Source of the DNA: Phoronis australis
Taxonomy: Eukaryota; Animalia; Phoronida
Assembly: GCA_002633005.1 (NCBI GenBank)
Contig: NMRA01000307.1
Location: 267,187-331,186 of the forward strand
Direction of reading: 5' to 3'
Length of the DNA: 64,000 nucleotides
Positions 40,841 through 53,191 of this stretch are shown piece by piece (within the stretch, counting starts at the first letter, position 1; each line of letters starts with the position of its first letter). Position numbers and translations under genes: made by a program. The notes beneath the pieces are model-generated. The model was not told where the DNA came from and ran no database searches. It saw nothing but the letters and a program-made list of their open reading frames with translations.

Positions 40841-42480
40841 GTCCCAGTATGAAACCTTGTGGAACATCAGTAGTAATCGGTAAGTTGGCAGATTGTTGTT
40901 TGTCAACAGATACGAATGCATTCTATATAATAAATAACTTGTTGTGAATCACTGTATTTCATTGCTGCGAATAGTGGTAGTATTTTCTTTTCTGCAGGAG
41001 AATTTTGTGATCAATGGTGTCAAATGCCTTCCAGAGATCGTTAAATATTGTCAAAGGATTTTGACCTCTCCCTAGAAAAGTGTGTATTTTGTCAACAAGT
41101 TCAAGAGCAGCAAGCTCAGTAGAAAAATTCGCGCGAAAACCATGTTCATACTTGTAGAGAATTATATTTTTATTTAGAAATGTATATAACTGCTCATGCG
41201 CAAATTTTTCAAATAATTTAGAAATAGACGGTAGAATGGATATTGGACGATAGCTGGATAGAACAGAGTCATCAAGATCATTTCTTTTGAAGACTGGGAT
41301 TACTTTTGCGATTGATTGATAAGAAAAGTGAGGGCAGGTGAAAGTTCATCGGAACAAAATTATATGAGTGTCGTTGATATATTGTCATGTCCCGTGCTTG
41401 CAGTGTGTTTTAAAGATTTGATTGTACTCTTTACTTTTTGTTCATCAGTGTGTACAAACTTGAAGATATGAGACGATAGCGTGTTTAAAATTCATTGAAT
41501 GACGCATAAGTCTGTGGCAGTTGGGAAACGCATTTTGGCTCAATGTTAATGAAGAAATCGTTAAATTAATTAGCAATGTTAAGTTTCTTTAAGAGTGTGC
41601 AACTTGTTTGAGATTTGATAATGGAAGATGCTTTAATATCAGAGTTACTAAGAACAAACTTAATAGTCTGCCATGTCTTTCTTATGTCGTTTTTAAATTT
41701 GGTTCCTTATACATCTGTTCAGCAGATGTTACTGCGGTTTTCAATAATTTGCTGTATAACTTAAAATTATTCCATATTGCGCCAAAGTTGTGACTGTATT
41801 TAGGTGTGGAGGTAAGTTGTTTAAACAATTTGTCTTTAAATTGTATTGACTTCAGAATGTCACTTGCTATCCATGCATGTAGTTTACGTTTGTATTTGTT
41901 GAATTTTTTGGTTTTGGAGGGGAAGTGTTTGTTCATTAAATCAGTTAAAGTTCGAGAGAAAATGTAGCAATTTGGATTAACGTCGTTACCCTCATTGAAT
42001 AAGGGTTGGTCATTTATTAGTTAAGTTCTTCTCTGAGATCATGTATTGATAGTTCATTCAATGGAGTATGTGTCTTAATGGTTTGTTTTGGTGTCAATTA
42101 TAATGAAGGTGGGCAGTGGTAAGATAGAGACTGTTCCAGCATACAGAAAATTTTCCATAAATGTGGTCTATAAGTGTAGCAGAGTGATTGGTAAGTCTAG
42201 TCAGTGGGAAGAGTAATTTTACGAAGGTAATTGTGGACTATCATTGCATAAAAAAATTCACGAAGTTTCATGTTGGGGTTTAAGTTTATAAGATTGATGT
42301 TGAAGTCCCCCAACATAACTATTTCTTCGTTATATGAAGACAGACTGGTTAGTTCAAGGGTGTATTCATTGAAGAATAGATCGGCGTGTCTGAATTCATT
42401 TGAAGGTGGTCTGTATACATTAACAATAGTCAATGTTTTATCCTCAGACGTTCTTACTTGCGGTACTAGTACTTCACACG
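40504..42480 (-). mobile_element. CR1/L2-group LINE ORF2 remnant (APE endonuclease and RT)
   Basis: VYRPP, MLGDFNINL, ITLPT..SATLIDHIY, YRPISILPSISKLFEK, DLWKAFDTIDHKILL, VPQGFILGP and MYADDT motifs; many frameshifts. Confidence 0.92.
40749..40837. repeat. (AT)n microsatellite
   Basis: ~44 perfect AT units inside the LINE RT. Confidence 0.98.
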
Positions 42481-42967
42481 AACAGATCTACACATAGGCG
42501 GATCCAGGGGAGGGGGGTCAAGGGATCCGGACCCCTCTTTTCCCTTGATTTTAATGATACCAAATCTGTATATATACAAATATTTCATGCTATCAATATG
42601 AATCAGAAAACATCTACCACATAAGCCGTTAGCATGTATTCAAGTAAATGCGGCTTGATGAGATTGTTACAACTGTTTTTATAATGTATGCACCATTTTC
42701 ATGTTTTTGGTTTTAACCTGATGTCTGATTGTGATTGTAATTGAGGCCAGTACAGGGTGGTGCCAGGGAAACAGGCCCCAAACGTTGGCTAACAATATTT
42801 TCCAGTTGATGAAATTTTGTGTTTAAGGGATTCATTATAGTTATCCTACGAAGATCGGAACTAACTTGATATAGTGTCTTTCTAAAACCGCTCAGAGGTG
42901 GTGGCTTGTTTCAACTATTATTAAAATCTCTTGGTCTATTAACACCGACCTCTTGTCTATTTCCATT

Positions 42968-43012
42968 GTCACGACGTTTTGGTCGGTCTATTCTCCGGCC
43001 ATCGTCAGGTGT
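42968..43012 (-). ncRNA. Minimal type I hammerhead ribozyme motif (Penelope-type), probably inactivated
   Basis: Minus strand reads CAC-CTGACGA-T-GGCCGG-AGAATAGA-CCGACC-AAAAC-GTC-GTG: stem I CAC/GTG, core CUGANGA, stem II with one mismatch, palindromic ACGT stem III, GUC cleavage triplet. The conserved GAAA reads AAAA. Confidence 0.6.
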
Positions 43013-43084
43013 TCCTGCGTTCTTAGAAGAACGAGCACGGATATGTCGTACACTCATCACGGTGTGATTTTTTGATTACATATT

Positions 43085-43165
43085 GTCCGAGAAAGGATTT
43101 GAACCCACGACTTCTGAAATTACAGGTATTTTGAGTCAAGCACCCTAACCATTTGATCTATAGCT
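43085..43165 (-). mobile_element. tRNA-Leu-like SINE head / tRNA pseudogene
   Basis: Minus strand TAGATCAAATGGTTAGGGTGCTTGACTCAAAATACCTGTAATTTCAGAAGTCGTGGGTTCAAATCC: A box, CTCAAAA anticodon-like loop, long variable arm, B box GGTTCAAATCC. Confidence 0.6.
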
Positions 43166-43984
43166 GGACCAGGCCCTCGTACTGGTTTGAGATCTTCCGC
43201 CCCATATCCAATTTTTCCTGTCGTTCAGTCAGGCATTCCGAAGGTCTACAGTTATGTCGTGTATCAACAACTGGAATTCACTTCCAGTTTCTGTGAACGA
43301 ACGTGACTAATTCAAAAGTATAAAAAAGCTTTAAATGTTTTTTTTTCATAATTTTGACAACTCAGTAGCTTTGACACAATTCTCGTTCGTGCCATGCAGG
43401 AACGAAGTAGCACTGTACCGATCGAGATGCGGTTTTTTCTTCAATACCGACAAGTTTAGGCACAACTTTAATAACGTCTCTCCAAACTTTAATGTGGTGA
43501 CCATCAATCTTATTATCATATTTTCTTCAAACGTGCCCTCACCGAATGCCAGAGGAACTCACTTTTTCGTGCACTCAATGAAAACCAATTAATTGAAAAT
43601 TCTCACGATTCTTGTAATAATATTTGTACTAACCTTACATTATTTTTAAATGGTAGAAGAACTTTGATCTTTTTCTCAATTCATATCTGAACAACCCCTG
43701 CGTGTTTCTTTTTTAAATATTTTTGTAATAGAATGTCTGACTATTTGAATACTTATATTAGATACTACTTACATGTGTATAGTTCTATGTATACTACTTC
43801 ATCTATGTACTGTCTACAACACAGATGTAATGCCTTGCGATTTCTGGGATTGTCATCTTTTCCTTGTATGTCCTGTGTATTCCTGACTAAATGTATATCA
43901 CTGGAAAAATACCGGCCTAATTTTGGCGGAATATAATTCACGGACTGAAGCCTAACTTGGGTATGGGGTTCGTTCGCAGTCGTT

Positions 43985-44925
43985 GTGTTCCGAACGTTTG
44001 ATAATTGTTTTTCTATGCCACCTCTGAGGGTTATCATGATAGAGTTACCTTTAGCCTCGTCCGGGTCATTAGGTATTGTGAGGCCAAGTTCGCCCATAAG
44101 TAAGCAGCATAAATCGTACACATTCTTGTCCCATGGGTACTGATATGGGAGGGAACAGTGATCCCTACATAGTTCTACATTCCCGTCATCGACATCTTGT
44201 TCATGATTTTCAGCATCATAGGTCTCTGGTACATACTGATACATTATGAAAGGGCGTCTGTGATGGAGACGGGCATTGTTGTACTTCCTGTTGGTGTGCG
44301 CGTTTCAAAGCATACTCATTTCATTCAATTCATTCTGAAAGTATCGAAAGAGTTGCTGTATATAAAAATTACGAAAAGTGTAGGGGAACGCCCCTCCACG
44401 TCAAGATATAATTTTGGGGAAAACATACACAACTGAAGAGAGCAGACAAGCCTTCAAAGGTATATCCAGTTGGTCATTAAGGTGGATCCAGGTGATAATC
44501 GTGAAGCAGAATCGAATCAACCCTTTGTTTTTTTCATTACCACTCAAGAGGCCTCGTTTTTCCAGATCTCGAAAAAAGGCCATCCAATATTCAGAGTTCT
44601 GTTCTCGAAGTATTCCGTACCACAAATGTATTCGTTGATTGGCTGTGATGCGGCCGTGCAGAAATGGTGTTCCGAATCCTTCCGTTCTCCTTCGAAAATG
44701 TTTGCATGTCCCCAATATCCCCATTTTCAGTTCCGTGGTCAGCTCAAATCACTCTCGGGCAACCGTTCTGAATTTCAACTGCCCGCATAAAGTGTCCAAC
44801 TATGACGTCAGGATTGCTATTTGTGGCATTTGCCTGCAACCGAAGAATGTAACGCGAAAACCCATCAAAGCAGTCATTTATGCAAATTGCAAATGCTGTG
44901 TATTTTCCCAGTCACCGTAGTTTCT
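43985..44925 (-). pseudogene. IS3/IS481-like DDE (integrase-core) transposase pseudogene, IS3EU-like
   Basis: Across frames: ICINDCFDGFSRYILRL..NSNPDVI..GCPRVI*ADHGTENG, then GRITANQRIHLWYGILRE..YWMAFFRDL..G..LIRFCF, then MYQYVPETY..C..YPWDKNVYDLCCLLMGELGLTIPND. Contains stops and frameshifts. Confidence 0.8.
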
Positions 44926-44939
44926 GGAGAATCACCCTG

Positions 44940-45380
44940 AATTTATACCTCTGTTGTGAAATGAAAACCGGTTTTGAGATTAAATAGGATTAAAGAGGCA
45001 TGGAACGCGAAAACTGGTAAAAATACCTTTTGAACAGATCGTGTCGAATTTACTTTCTGAGGATGGTAACGTGGGAGATACTGAAGTTCAATTTTGAAAT
45101 GGTTTGTAGAAAAATCGTATACGTAGAATACTAGCCAGATTCAGGTGGTTTGGACATCAACTGAAAATAGAAACGGATAGGCACCATGACATTCCAAAGG
45201 AAGAGAGGCTTTGCGAAATCTGCAACCGCTCAGAAATTGGATACGAAATACACTTTTTACTTAACTGTGTATAACCAAACGATATTTGATAATTTTTTTA
45301 CCAGAATTATCCAGACAGTATACTGACATCGAAAACACCAAATATCTATTCAAAACAAACTCCAGCAGCCTTTTGAAAAG
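44940..45380 (+). mobile_element. 3' end of a CR1/L2-group LINE ORF2
   Basis: RFRWFGHQLKIETDRHHDIPKEERLCEICNRSEIGYEIHFLLNC, the C-terminal CxxC..H...C motif. Confidence 0.8.
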
Positions 45381-45505
45381 ACTCTCTCTCTTTCTCTCTC
45401 TCTCTCCATCCCTCCCTCCCTCCCTCCCTCCCTCCACCCCCTCTCTCTCTCGGATTGTCTTCTAAAATAATTTGACTATACTGATTTTGTGACATCAATT
45501 TACAG

Positions 45506-45557
45506 GAGCTGGCAATATTCGAGAAAAGCGAAGACCAAGTGACGCAAACCGTTGAAG
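45506..45557 (+). CDS. SAT2: SAT2-like acetyltransferase, exon 2
   Basis: tttacag acceptor and gtaggg donor; 52 nt, ELAIFEKSEDQVTQTVE(D), phase 0 to 1. Confidence 0.92.
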
Positions 45558-45699
45558 GTAGGGTCCCAAAAATTCCACCCACAAGTGAAAGAAAGTGACA
45601 AAAATGTGGCAGTCGAAAAAACCAATGACTTCACAAAAAAGTTCCTACAAGTTTGTTGGTTCATTCAAAAAGCATGTCAACAACAAAAAATATGTGTAT

Positions 45700-46450
45700 A
45701 TCAAGTAGTTGACACTCTGCCGACAATTAACGCTACCTTTAATTACCAAGCGAGTTAGTATTGATGTTTGGTGGTAAAACCACGGTTCAGCTGCAAGATC
45801 TCGTTGAAATCACAAAACTGTTTGAATAGAATTCATTGTCATCACTCCGTCCCAAGAAACCTGACAAAAATGCATGACTTTCAGAAAGCACAATCAATGG
45901 ATTTTCTCATGAATGAAGACATCCAACCGTCATGTCGAGACAAGATTCCAAACGTTCTTGATTCCACAAATTGAGGCTGAAATGTACCATTTCCAACCAT
46001 TGTTTTTCCCATTTCCATTTGTCTGAAAAGTACATGTACCTGTAATTGCAGCAAAAATTTCGATCAATTCTATGGCCTAAACAAGGAAATGCTTTCACAG
46101 TGGCGGGATTTCCAGATGAGGGTAAAACAGAGCAGAAGCCAAATGGGTGGACTTTTTTACTCAAAAAACTTCAAAGAACTAGTGAAAAGCACTCCCCACT
46201 TAGTTCACATGGGTCTCATCAATCCTGGCTCACCACATTTTTTCATTTTTGGGGAAGTTAAAGAGTCCCAAATCATGGCTTTAGACACTACTGTATGTGC
46301 TTTGTTTTTGAGTTCTCTAGAAATTTGAGAAAAATATTCCATTAATGTTCGAGCTTCCCTTCTGTAGATCCTTGAAATTTCATATGTATTGAGCGGTAAA
46401 GGTAGTCGTGCCATAATGCTAAAGGTTGGTGAACCCTTCTTTTACCATTT
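45700..46450 (-). pseudogene. Possible highly decayed hAT transposase
   Basis: GLMRPM*TKWGVLFTSSLKFFE*K resembles the hAT L..P..TRW.S block; the rest is too decayed to confirm. Confidence 0.3.
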
Positions 46451-46853
46451 TAGGTTGGTTTTGAATTGTTTGGAAAAAACTATGCGAAATTTTTCGAGAA
46501 TATTCATTGACGCGATCTGAGATAAAAAAATGAAAAAGGTCAGTCCTTCCCATTTCTCGACCGTCCTTCGCATCACAATGTTCGTCCTTTCCATCTCAAG
46601 GTGCCTTCCATCAACAGTTTGAGCTTCGTATTGCCGATGATAAGGTCTGAACATAGTGTGTGTTCAGTGAGTTCTAAAACCATCTTTATCAAGAACAATG
46701 ACCATAGCCGACTGCAGCATGTCACACACTAGTGACACCTGTGTTGTTACCATTCCTTGTTCGCCTATACGAAGAGGGAACTGACGTGATGTGGTTAGAT
46801 ATGAACTAAGCAGAGTTGTATCTCGAAATATAAATACCGAGATTACTTTTCAG

Positions 46854-46919
46854 ATCTCAAGAAAGACGGCTTTGGCGACTGCCCAGTTTTCCGCTGTTTC
46901 GTAGCTGAGGTTCAATGCA
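46854..46919 (+). CDS. SAT2: SAT2-like acetyltransferase, exon 3
   Basis: ttttcag acceptor and gtaagt donor; 66 nt, (D)LKKDGFGDCPVFRCFVAEVQC(S), matching SAT L..DGFG..P.Y.C.VAE. Confidence 0.94.
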
Positions 46920-47014
46920 GTAAGTTGGAATTCGATTTGTGCGGTTTACGTGATAACGTTTTGTCTACTTTGCTAGAAAACACCGGACAAACCCTCTAGG
47001 AAACGAAAAACATG

Positions 47015-50000
47015 TAATAACGTTCTTAATAATGGAGCTTTTCCGCAAACTCGGTGTGACGCCATTATATGCCGTATATACAAACAATGCTCTGTTAATG
47101 ACACAAATAATTATCATGGAATATCCCTGATATCAGTAGTTGGAAAATGTTTCACTAAAATTTTAAATGGTCGGCTGACGACCTGGCCTGAGGATCGTGA
47201 ACTTTTTGAAGAAAAATAAGTGGATTTTCGAAAGTGATACTCCACAGAAGATCATTTTGGGTATTTTTATGGTATAGACTACAAAACATTGGAATTCACG
47301 GGAAAATTCTTACCATTATGACGTCTACAGCCAATTAAGACCGTGCTTTCGAGCTGATGGTGGTCTTACTAAATATTTCAAAAATTTAAAAGATACTTGT
47401 CAAGGCTGTATGTTAAGTTCATTCCTCTTTACTGTGTTTTTGAACGAATTTTTGAATTATGTCGAGAAGGACTGTTATGGTGGAATTTTTGTGAATAAGA
47501 ATGTATCGGAAACTGGTGCTCTCCTGTATGCAGATGGCCTTGTGGCTTGTTCATTAACATCCTGGCGGTTGCAGAAACAATTGTCTGAATGAACACTTTG
47601 CACAAGTCCTGCTTAGATTGGGACATGGAGGTAAATTTAAAAAAGTGATGGTGTTCCGTAGAGGTGGCCGTCTACGAAAAGATGAAAAGTGATATTTTGG
47701 TGGTCAACTCGTTAAGGTTGTGTCACGTTACACATATATTGGGATATGTTTCACTCGGAAACTGTGTTGGTCTAAAGCTACAAATAAATTACGCTTCCTT
47801 GTCAGGCTATAAAGGTTTGTATAGAGTTGTTAAATAAACTGCAACATAAGTGTGATCGTCTTCCTCCCAAAGTCGCTTTTGAGGTATTTGATAAGATGGC
47901 TTCTCCTGTTCTAAATTATGGATCTGAAATATGGGGCTATTGTCAAAATAAATCTGTAGAGCGGGTGCGTTAAAGTTTTGTAAACGACTGTTGTGTGCGA
48001 GTTGCATAACTAGCGGTGTTGTTGTCCATGGAAAATGTGGAAGATTTCCACCTTTTGTGAAATACTTTGTGAAGTGTATCAAATACTGGCTTAAATTAAT
48101 AAGAATGCAAAGAATAAGGTATTATAGAGCTGTTTATGACATATTGTTTGACCTGGACTGTGCGGGAAGGCGTACTTGGGCTACCTCTGTTAGATTACTG
48201 TTATTTTGGTATGGTTTTGGTCTGGTGTGGTTGCAATACAGTGTCGAGTGTGAGGAAATGTTGTTGATAACTCTTGAACAGAGGTTCAAACACTGTTTTT
48301 ACAGGAGTGGGACAACGTTAAGCTGAACAGTCCTGCACACGAAACTTATAATTTAATCAAAAACGAATTTTGGATTTGAATCATATCTAGCTTTGCCTAT
48401 ACTATTTAGTTTTATTAGCTCTATGGAAGACTAAGTTGCTCAAATCATAAGTTTAAAGTCCTTCTCTCACGCGTTGTTAACCCTTATTACATGGTTAGAA
48501 GATGTTATAAGTATCCAAGAAGTACCTACCCCATAACTAATACACGATCCGTACTCGAAAACAGTTTAAATGAACGCGCCACTCACGATTCGCACCCGAA
48601 GAAACACCGCCATTTTGAACTTGCCGCGAACCCGGAAGTACAATTCATTCAGGAACCCAGGCCGAGAAAACGCCGTCAGTGCGACTGGAGCAGTGCCTGT
48701 ACTGTTACCAGCCAGCAAACGGGGATAAAAAAATCGACAGCGCGCCTTAATTTTGATAAAATCAAACTACGGACAATTTTATGGAATTTGCTGAAGAAAT
48801 GTGGCGAATAAATTTTGACAGAAATTATTTTGCCAGACTCGGGACCGCAGCCTATCGGACCCGGTGCGGATCGAGACCAGACACTGGCGAACGGTAAATG
48901 CATGCGGTTGCAAGCTGTTTTGTCGAAGTAAAATGGTCAAATGATAAATGCTGCATATATTCAAGGGTAGTTTCAGACACTTGCATGAAATTACGGGCTG
49001 GTTAGTCCTGTGTCACACTGCCGCGGCAGACCTTAGTTAGCCTCAGTCACCAGCTACCAGTGAAGACTATAGTCAAAATACAGCTTGTTAGTAGGCCTAT
49101 ACAGCCTCCCGTTCAGTAGCGCTAGGACCTCGCTAAGAAGCAAGACTTCGCGAGATTACGTGAGATATTGCCGTGTATTTTAAATGAGAACATGTGACTT
49201 TGACTAGGATTTTGCAAGGTCCTAGCGTAGGTCCTAGCGTCTAGTGAACGCACGCCAGCTTTGCGCCAAGACTACCCTTAGGCCTAACTGGTCGCTGGCC
49301 ACAAACACAAAAAACACGAAAATTGAACAAAGTTTCTTTTTTGTAGCAACGTTTGTCAAAATGTATCAACGTTAAATCTTCACAAATTACAAAGTAGCCG
49401 ATTGAACATGCCTTTCAGTTCAGCAAAAGTCGACATTGTAGGTGCCGCCAGAAATGAGACGAAGTCCAACGGGAATTGTGAGCACATTTATCACTTAATG
49501 AGTAACAACTGCGAGGCTGAAATTTGGTGAACACTGCTAAATCGTGCAGAATAGTAAGTAAAGATATGTCTAACTAAATTTCACCGTAATTTGTTGGCGA
49601 AAACAATTTACACAAAGTTTTAAACTCGTAACTCATCCCGCTGTCCTCCAATATGGCCGACGCGATCCAAACAAAGTGACCCAAATTTCGCCACAAAACT
49701 TGCAATAACTTTACAGTGCTTGCCCCGATTTTGATACTTTTTCGATTTTTACTGAGTAGAATGTACTACCTTTCCGATGATAGCAAAGTTTTTTTTCAAA
49801 ACGAGGAAAAAAATAAAACCGAAAAAAAATTGGTTCGACCCATATTGGTTCCTAGGTTCGACCCGCCTACGTAAGGAACTAAACACCAATGCTATTTTAA
49901 CATACTAAGTACGCGTAACATTCCAAAAAAATCAACGACCACTAACTACAAACTATAAATACACTACATATGCAAACGAATCGCGATATATTACTAATAA

Positions 50001-50670
50001 AACAAAATAATGAAGACTTTTCGAGCAAGCCATAGCACATTCAGTTACAAGGAAAAAATGGCGGCGTTCAGGACAAGTTCCTGAACTGATGAGCCGGAAA
50101 TGTGGGTACGGAAATAACGGATGACAACCGGTAATCATACGCTCAGAGAGAAGGGTCAAATACTGTTAAAAAATCGCTTTTGGCAAGAAAGGCGAAAAGA
50201 ATATAAAGAAAGGGTGTCGAAAATAAGAATTTATGTAGTAAGTATTTTCGGATACTAGAACTACATGGGCAGTTTGCAACAAGGACTTTAACGTAGAGAC
50301 CGGTCGTCACCATGGTGTTGACCGTCAGCTCAGATATTGGCCGTTTTGCTGATGTAACATCGTTGAGGATGAATATCATTTTATATGTGTTTGTAACAAA
50401 TATCAGCATTTAAGAACATTATTTGTCCCCTTGGCGTGGCATGATCTAAATATATTTAAATTTAAGAAACTTCTAACAAATAATGACGTTAGTAATCAAA
50501 TCAAGCTGGTTAAGTTTGTGTATCACGCTACGTTCACAAGGACAAGGCTCTTAAAGAATGTCCTTAATTAAGTTGTGTTGTATATTTAATTTCTTTATTG
50601 TGTACTCCGCGTATGTAAATATGTTCAACTGTGCTGTGGGCCTATGGCCTTTGAGCGCTTCAGTAAAGTA
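47015..50670 (+). mobile_element. CR1/L2-group LINE (5'-truncated RT to 3' tail), interrupted by a Kolobok-like element
   Basis: NNYHGISLISVVGKCFTKILNGRL, QGCMLSSFLF, LLYADG and MVFRRGGRL motifs. Resumes after 50291 with VETGRHHG..IVEDEYHFICVC, then a GGCCTATGGCC 3' end and a microsatellite tail. Confidence 0.88.
48457..50287. mobile_element. Kolobok-like non-autonomous DNA transposon (TTAA TSD)
   Basis: TTAA at 48453-48456 and 50288-50291; termini AGTCCTT/AAGGACT. Excision gives in-frame LINE text HKFNVETGRHHG. Confidence 0.8.
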
Positions 50671-50740
50671 TACATATATACACACGCATACACACACACA
50701 CACGCACGCACGCACGCACGCACGCACGCACACACACACA
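50671..50740. repeat. Compound (CA)n/(CACG)n microsatellite
   Basis: Seen directly; located at the LINE 3' tail. Confidence 0.9.
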
Positions 50741-51188
50741 TGACTAGTAAACACGGTATTCCAGTCCCGCGCCCCTAAACTTGACAGATGCACCGAAGAT
50801 GCTCCTTACTCGGTGCTGACCAAATTCTTTACCAACCCAGCGCACAAACTTCATTGTCCTGTGTTCGAATGAGTAATCTGGTCCACCTGTATGGCTAGCG
50901 GGTATGGAATATTTTGGGGGCGTGAGTCCACTTTAGGGGCGCAGAGCTGGAATTTGGGCCGTAGGTTTTTGTTGATCTGTGATTGGCAAAGAGTACCTTG
51001 GCTGAAATTTTAAATTCAGTTTGACGACTGGGTTTAGCCAGACTGACATTAAAACTGGCATTCTGACGTCGGATTTGGCGACCTGGTGCTCTCTAGATTA
51101 GGCGAACTTAGGCTCTTACGTCGGTAAGTCCTGACTTCTGGTTTCAAATTGACTGACAAACTGATTCTAATATCAAGTTTCGTTTTAG

Positions 51189-51331
51189 GTTCTCGACTAA
51201 TTGGTTTCGCCATGTTTTTCACGGCATATTCTTCGTGGGAAGGTCGTATGTTTTATCTAGAAGATCTCTATATAACTAAAGACTACAGAAGACGAGGAGT
51301 GGGTACAGCACTATTGAATCAACTGGCTAAG
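51189..51331 (+). CDS. SAT2: SAT2-like acetyltransferase, exon 4 (acetyl-CoA binding motif A)
   Basis: ttttag acceptor and AAG|gttgtg donor; 143 nt, SRLIGFAMFFTAYSSWEGRMFYLEDLYITKDYRRRGVGTALLNQLAK. YSSWEGR is SAT2-like and RxxGxG is present. Confidence 0.95.
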
Positions 51332-51432
51332 GTTGTGTGAGTTAGAACCTCTCCCTGAAACATGTCATTAACCGTCCAGTGTTAAAACTCGCCTTCCTCA
51401 ATCTCTTATTTAAAAGACCAAAACGAAATTTC

Positions 51433-52212
51433 CGCTACTGCTTGTGATACTTCTACTGATATTGCTACTGATACTGCTACTGCTGCTGCTACTGCCATTG
51501 CTAAAGATACTGCTGTGCTACTGCTATCGCTACTGAAATTGCTACTGATATACTGCTACTACTGCTACTGCTGCTGCTATCGCTATTGTTAGTTATACTG
51601 CTACTGCTTCTGACACTGCCATTGCTATTACCGTTTCTGATACTGCTGCTACTTCAACTGCTACGGATACTGTCACTGATACTGCTACTGCTATTGCTAC
51701 CGCTACTGATACTGCTGCTACTGATACTGATACTGATACTGCTACTGCCACAGATACTTCACCTGTTACTGATACTGCTACTGATACTGATACTGCCACC
51801 GATACTGCCACTGACATTGCTACTGATATTACTACTGACACTGATACTGCACCTGCTACTGGTACTGCTACTGATACTGCACCTATTAATGATACTGTTT
51901 CTGCTGCTGATACTGCAACTGCTACCACAATTGCTACTGATACTGCTGCTGCTACTGATGCTGCTACTGCTATTGATACTGTTATTGCTACTGATACTGC
52001 TACCTATACTGTTGCTGCTACTGCTACTGATCCTGCTACTGATATTGCTATTGCTACTGAGACTGCTAATGATACTGCTACTGTTGCTGCTGCTGATACT
52101 GATACTGTTCTACTGATACTGCTACTGCTCTTGCTACTGCCATTGCTACTGATACTGCTGTGCTGCTGTTGCTATCCTACTGTTACTGATACTACTACTG
52201 CTACTGATCATG
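51433..52212. repeat. Degenerate (ACTGAT/ACTGCT)n low-complexity tract
   Basis: ~780 bp of CTG/CTA/GAT triplets in SAT intron 4; source of the poly-Leu and Val/Ala/Ser ORFs. Confidence 0.95.
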
Positions 52213-53191
52213 ATAATAATACTTGTACTAATAATTATTTTACAACTGCATTTAGGAAATACTCAGACAATTTTTGTTATAAAAATATTGAAAGAAATCC
52301 CATAAATAAAGGTGTTATAAAGTGCAAATTGGCGGATTTACAATTTATAGACATGAATGTTTACTCATTTCTCACGTGCTCCCCTATTCAAAAACAAAAG
52401 AACACTGAGGTCATACCTTTTCTATGTGTCCCCCTCTAGGAATAAGCAAAAGAAAAACACCGCGACGTCATACCCTTTTCGGACTTTTGGCACCATTTGT
52501 CCTTTAGAAATTGTACGCAGGCCCCCTCCCGCTACACAATCACCCATTTTTGTGCTAGAAGTCGTTGACTGAGGGAACGGTTACACCTTGTGAACCCCAG
52601 CTACTGCAAGTCCGACATTAAGTAACAGCATTGTGTGCAAAAAGCTCTCATGATAAAATGTAGAGCTACAGTACAACCATTTACACGAGATTATAAACTT
52701 TCCAGTGTTAAGTTCTATTTAGAGGTTTCCCACGCATACAAAATTCTAGATACACTCTCAGTGCTATCTATGGAGTCACGGTAGTTCCCCGTCCACACAC
52801 TCGTAGACGACCTTGTACAAAATAGTGTAGACCAACTACAATGGGATTGTGTAGACTGCCTGGTGGGACAGAGGTTCGATTGTCGTGTACGACTTTCTTC
52901 AGCTAGAGTGCCATTGTATGTGACTTAACAGAACTCCAACCTACACACTCCAATTAGTCGTATGCGACGGTCGCTTACGACGACCACTAATCGATAGCGC
53001 CTAGATCGGGTTAGAGAAAATTGAGCAACTGGCGTTGCTGCATTCACCAAACTGAAAGAAATAACAAGGGTGAGATTTGTAAAATTAAAACGTTTCAATG
53101 TTATTGTTGATAACACACATTTTAAGTCTGGTCTGCACGCCACCTGTTGGCCACATCACGTGACCTAATGGACAATAGTGTGAAAAGATTT

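Noticed and set aside
40990-41045. Strong-looking acceptor TTTTCTTTTCTGCAG as SAT exon 2
   Set aside because: It is the antisense of the LINE RT, has no SAT similarity, and the true exon 2 is at 45506.
51586-52116. 176-aa poly-Leu ORF and the antisense Val/Ala/Ser ORF as membrane, mucin or antifreeze proteins
   Set aside because: By-products of a triplet-periodic simple repeat inside SAT intron 4; the SAT exons join in frame without it.
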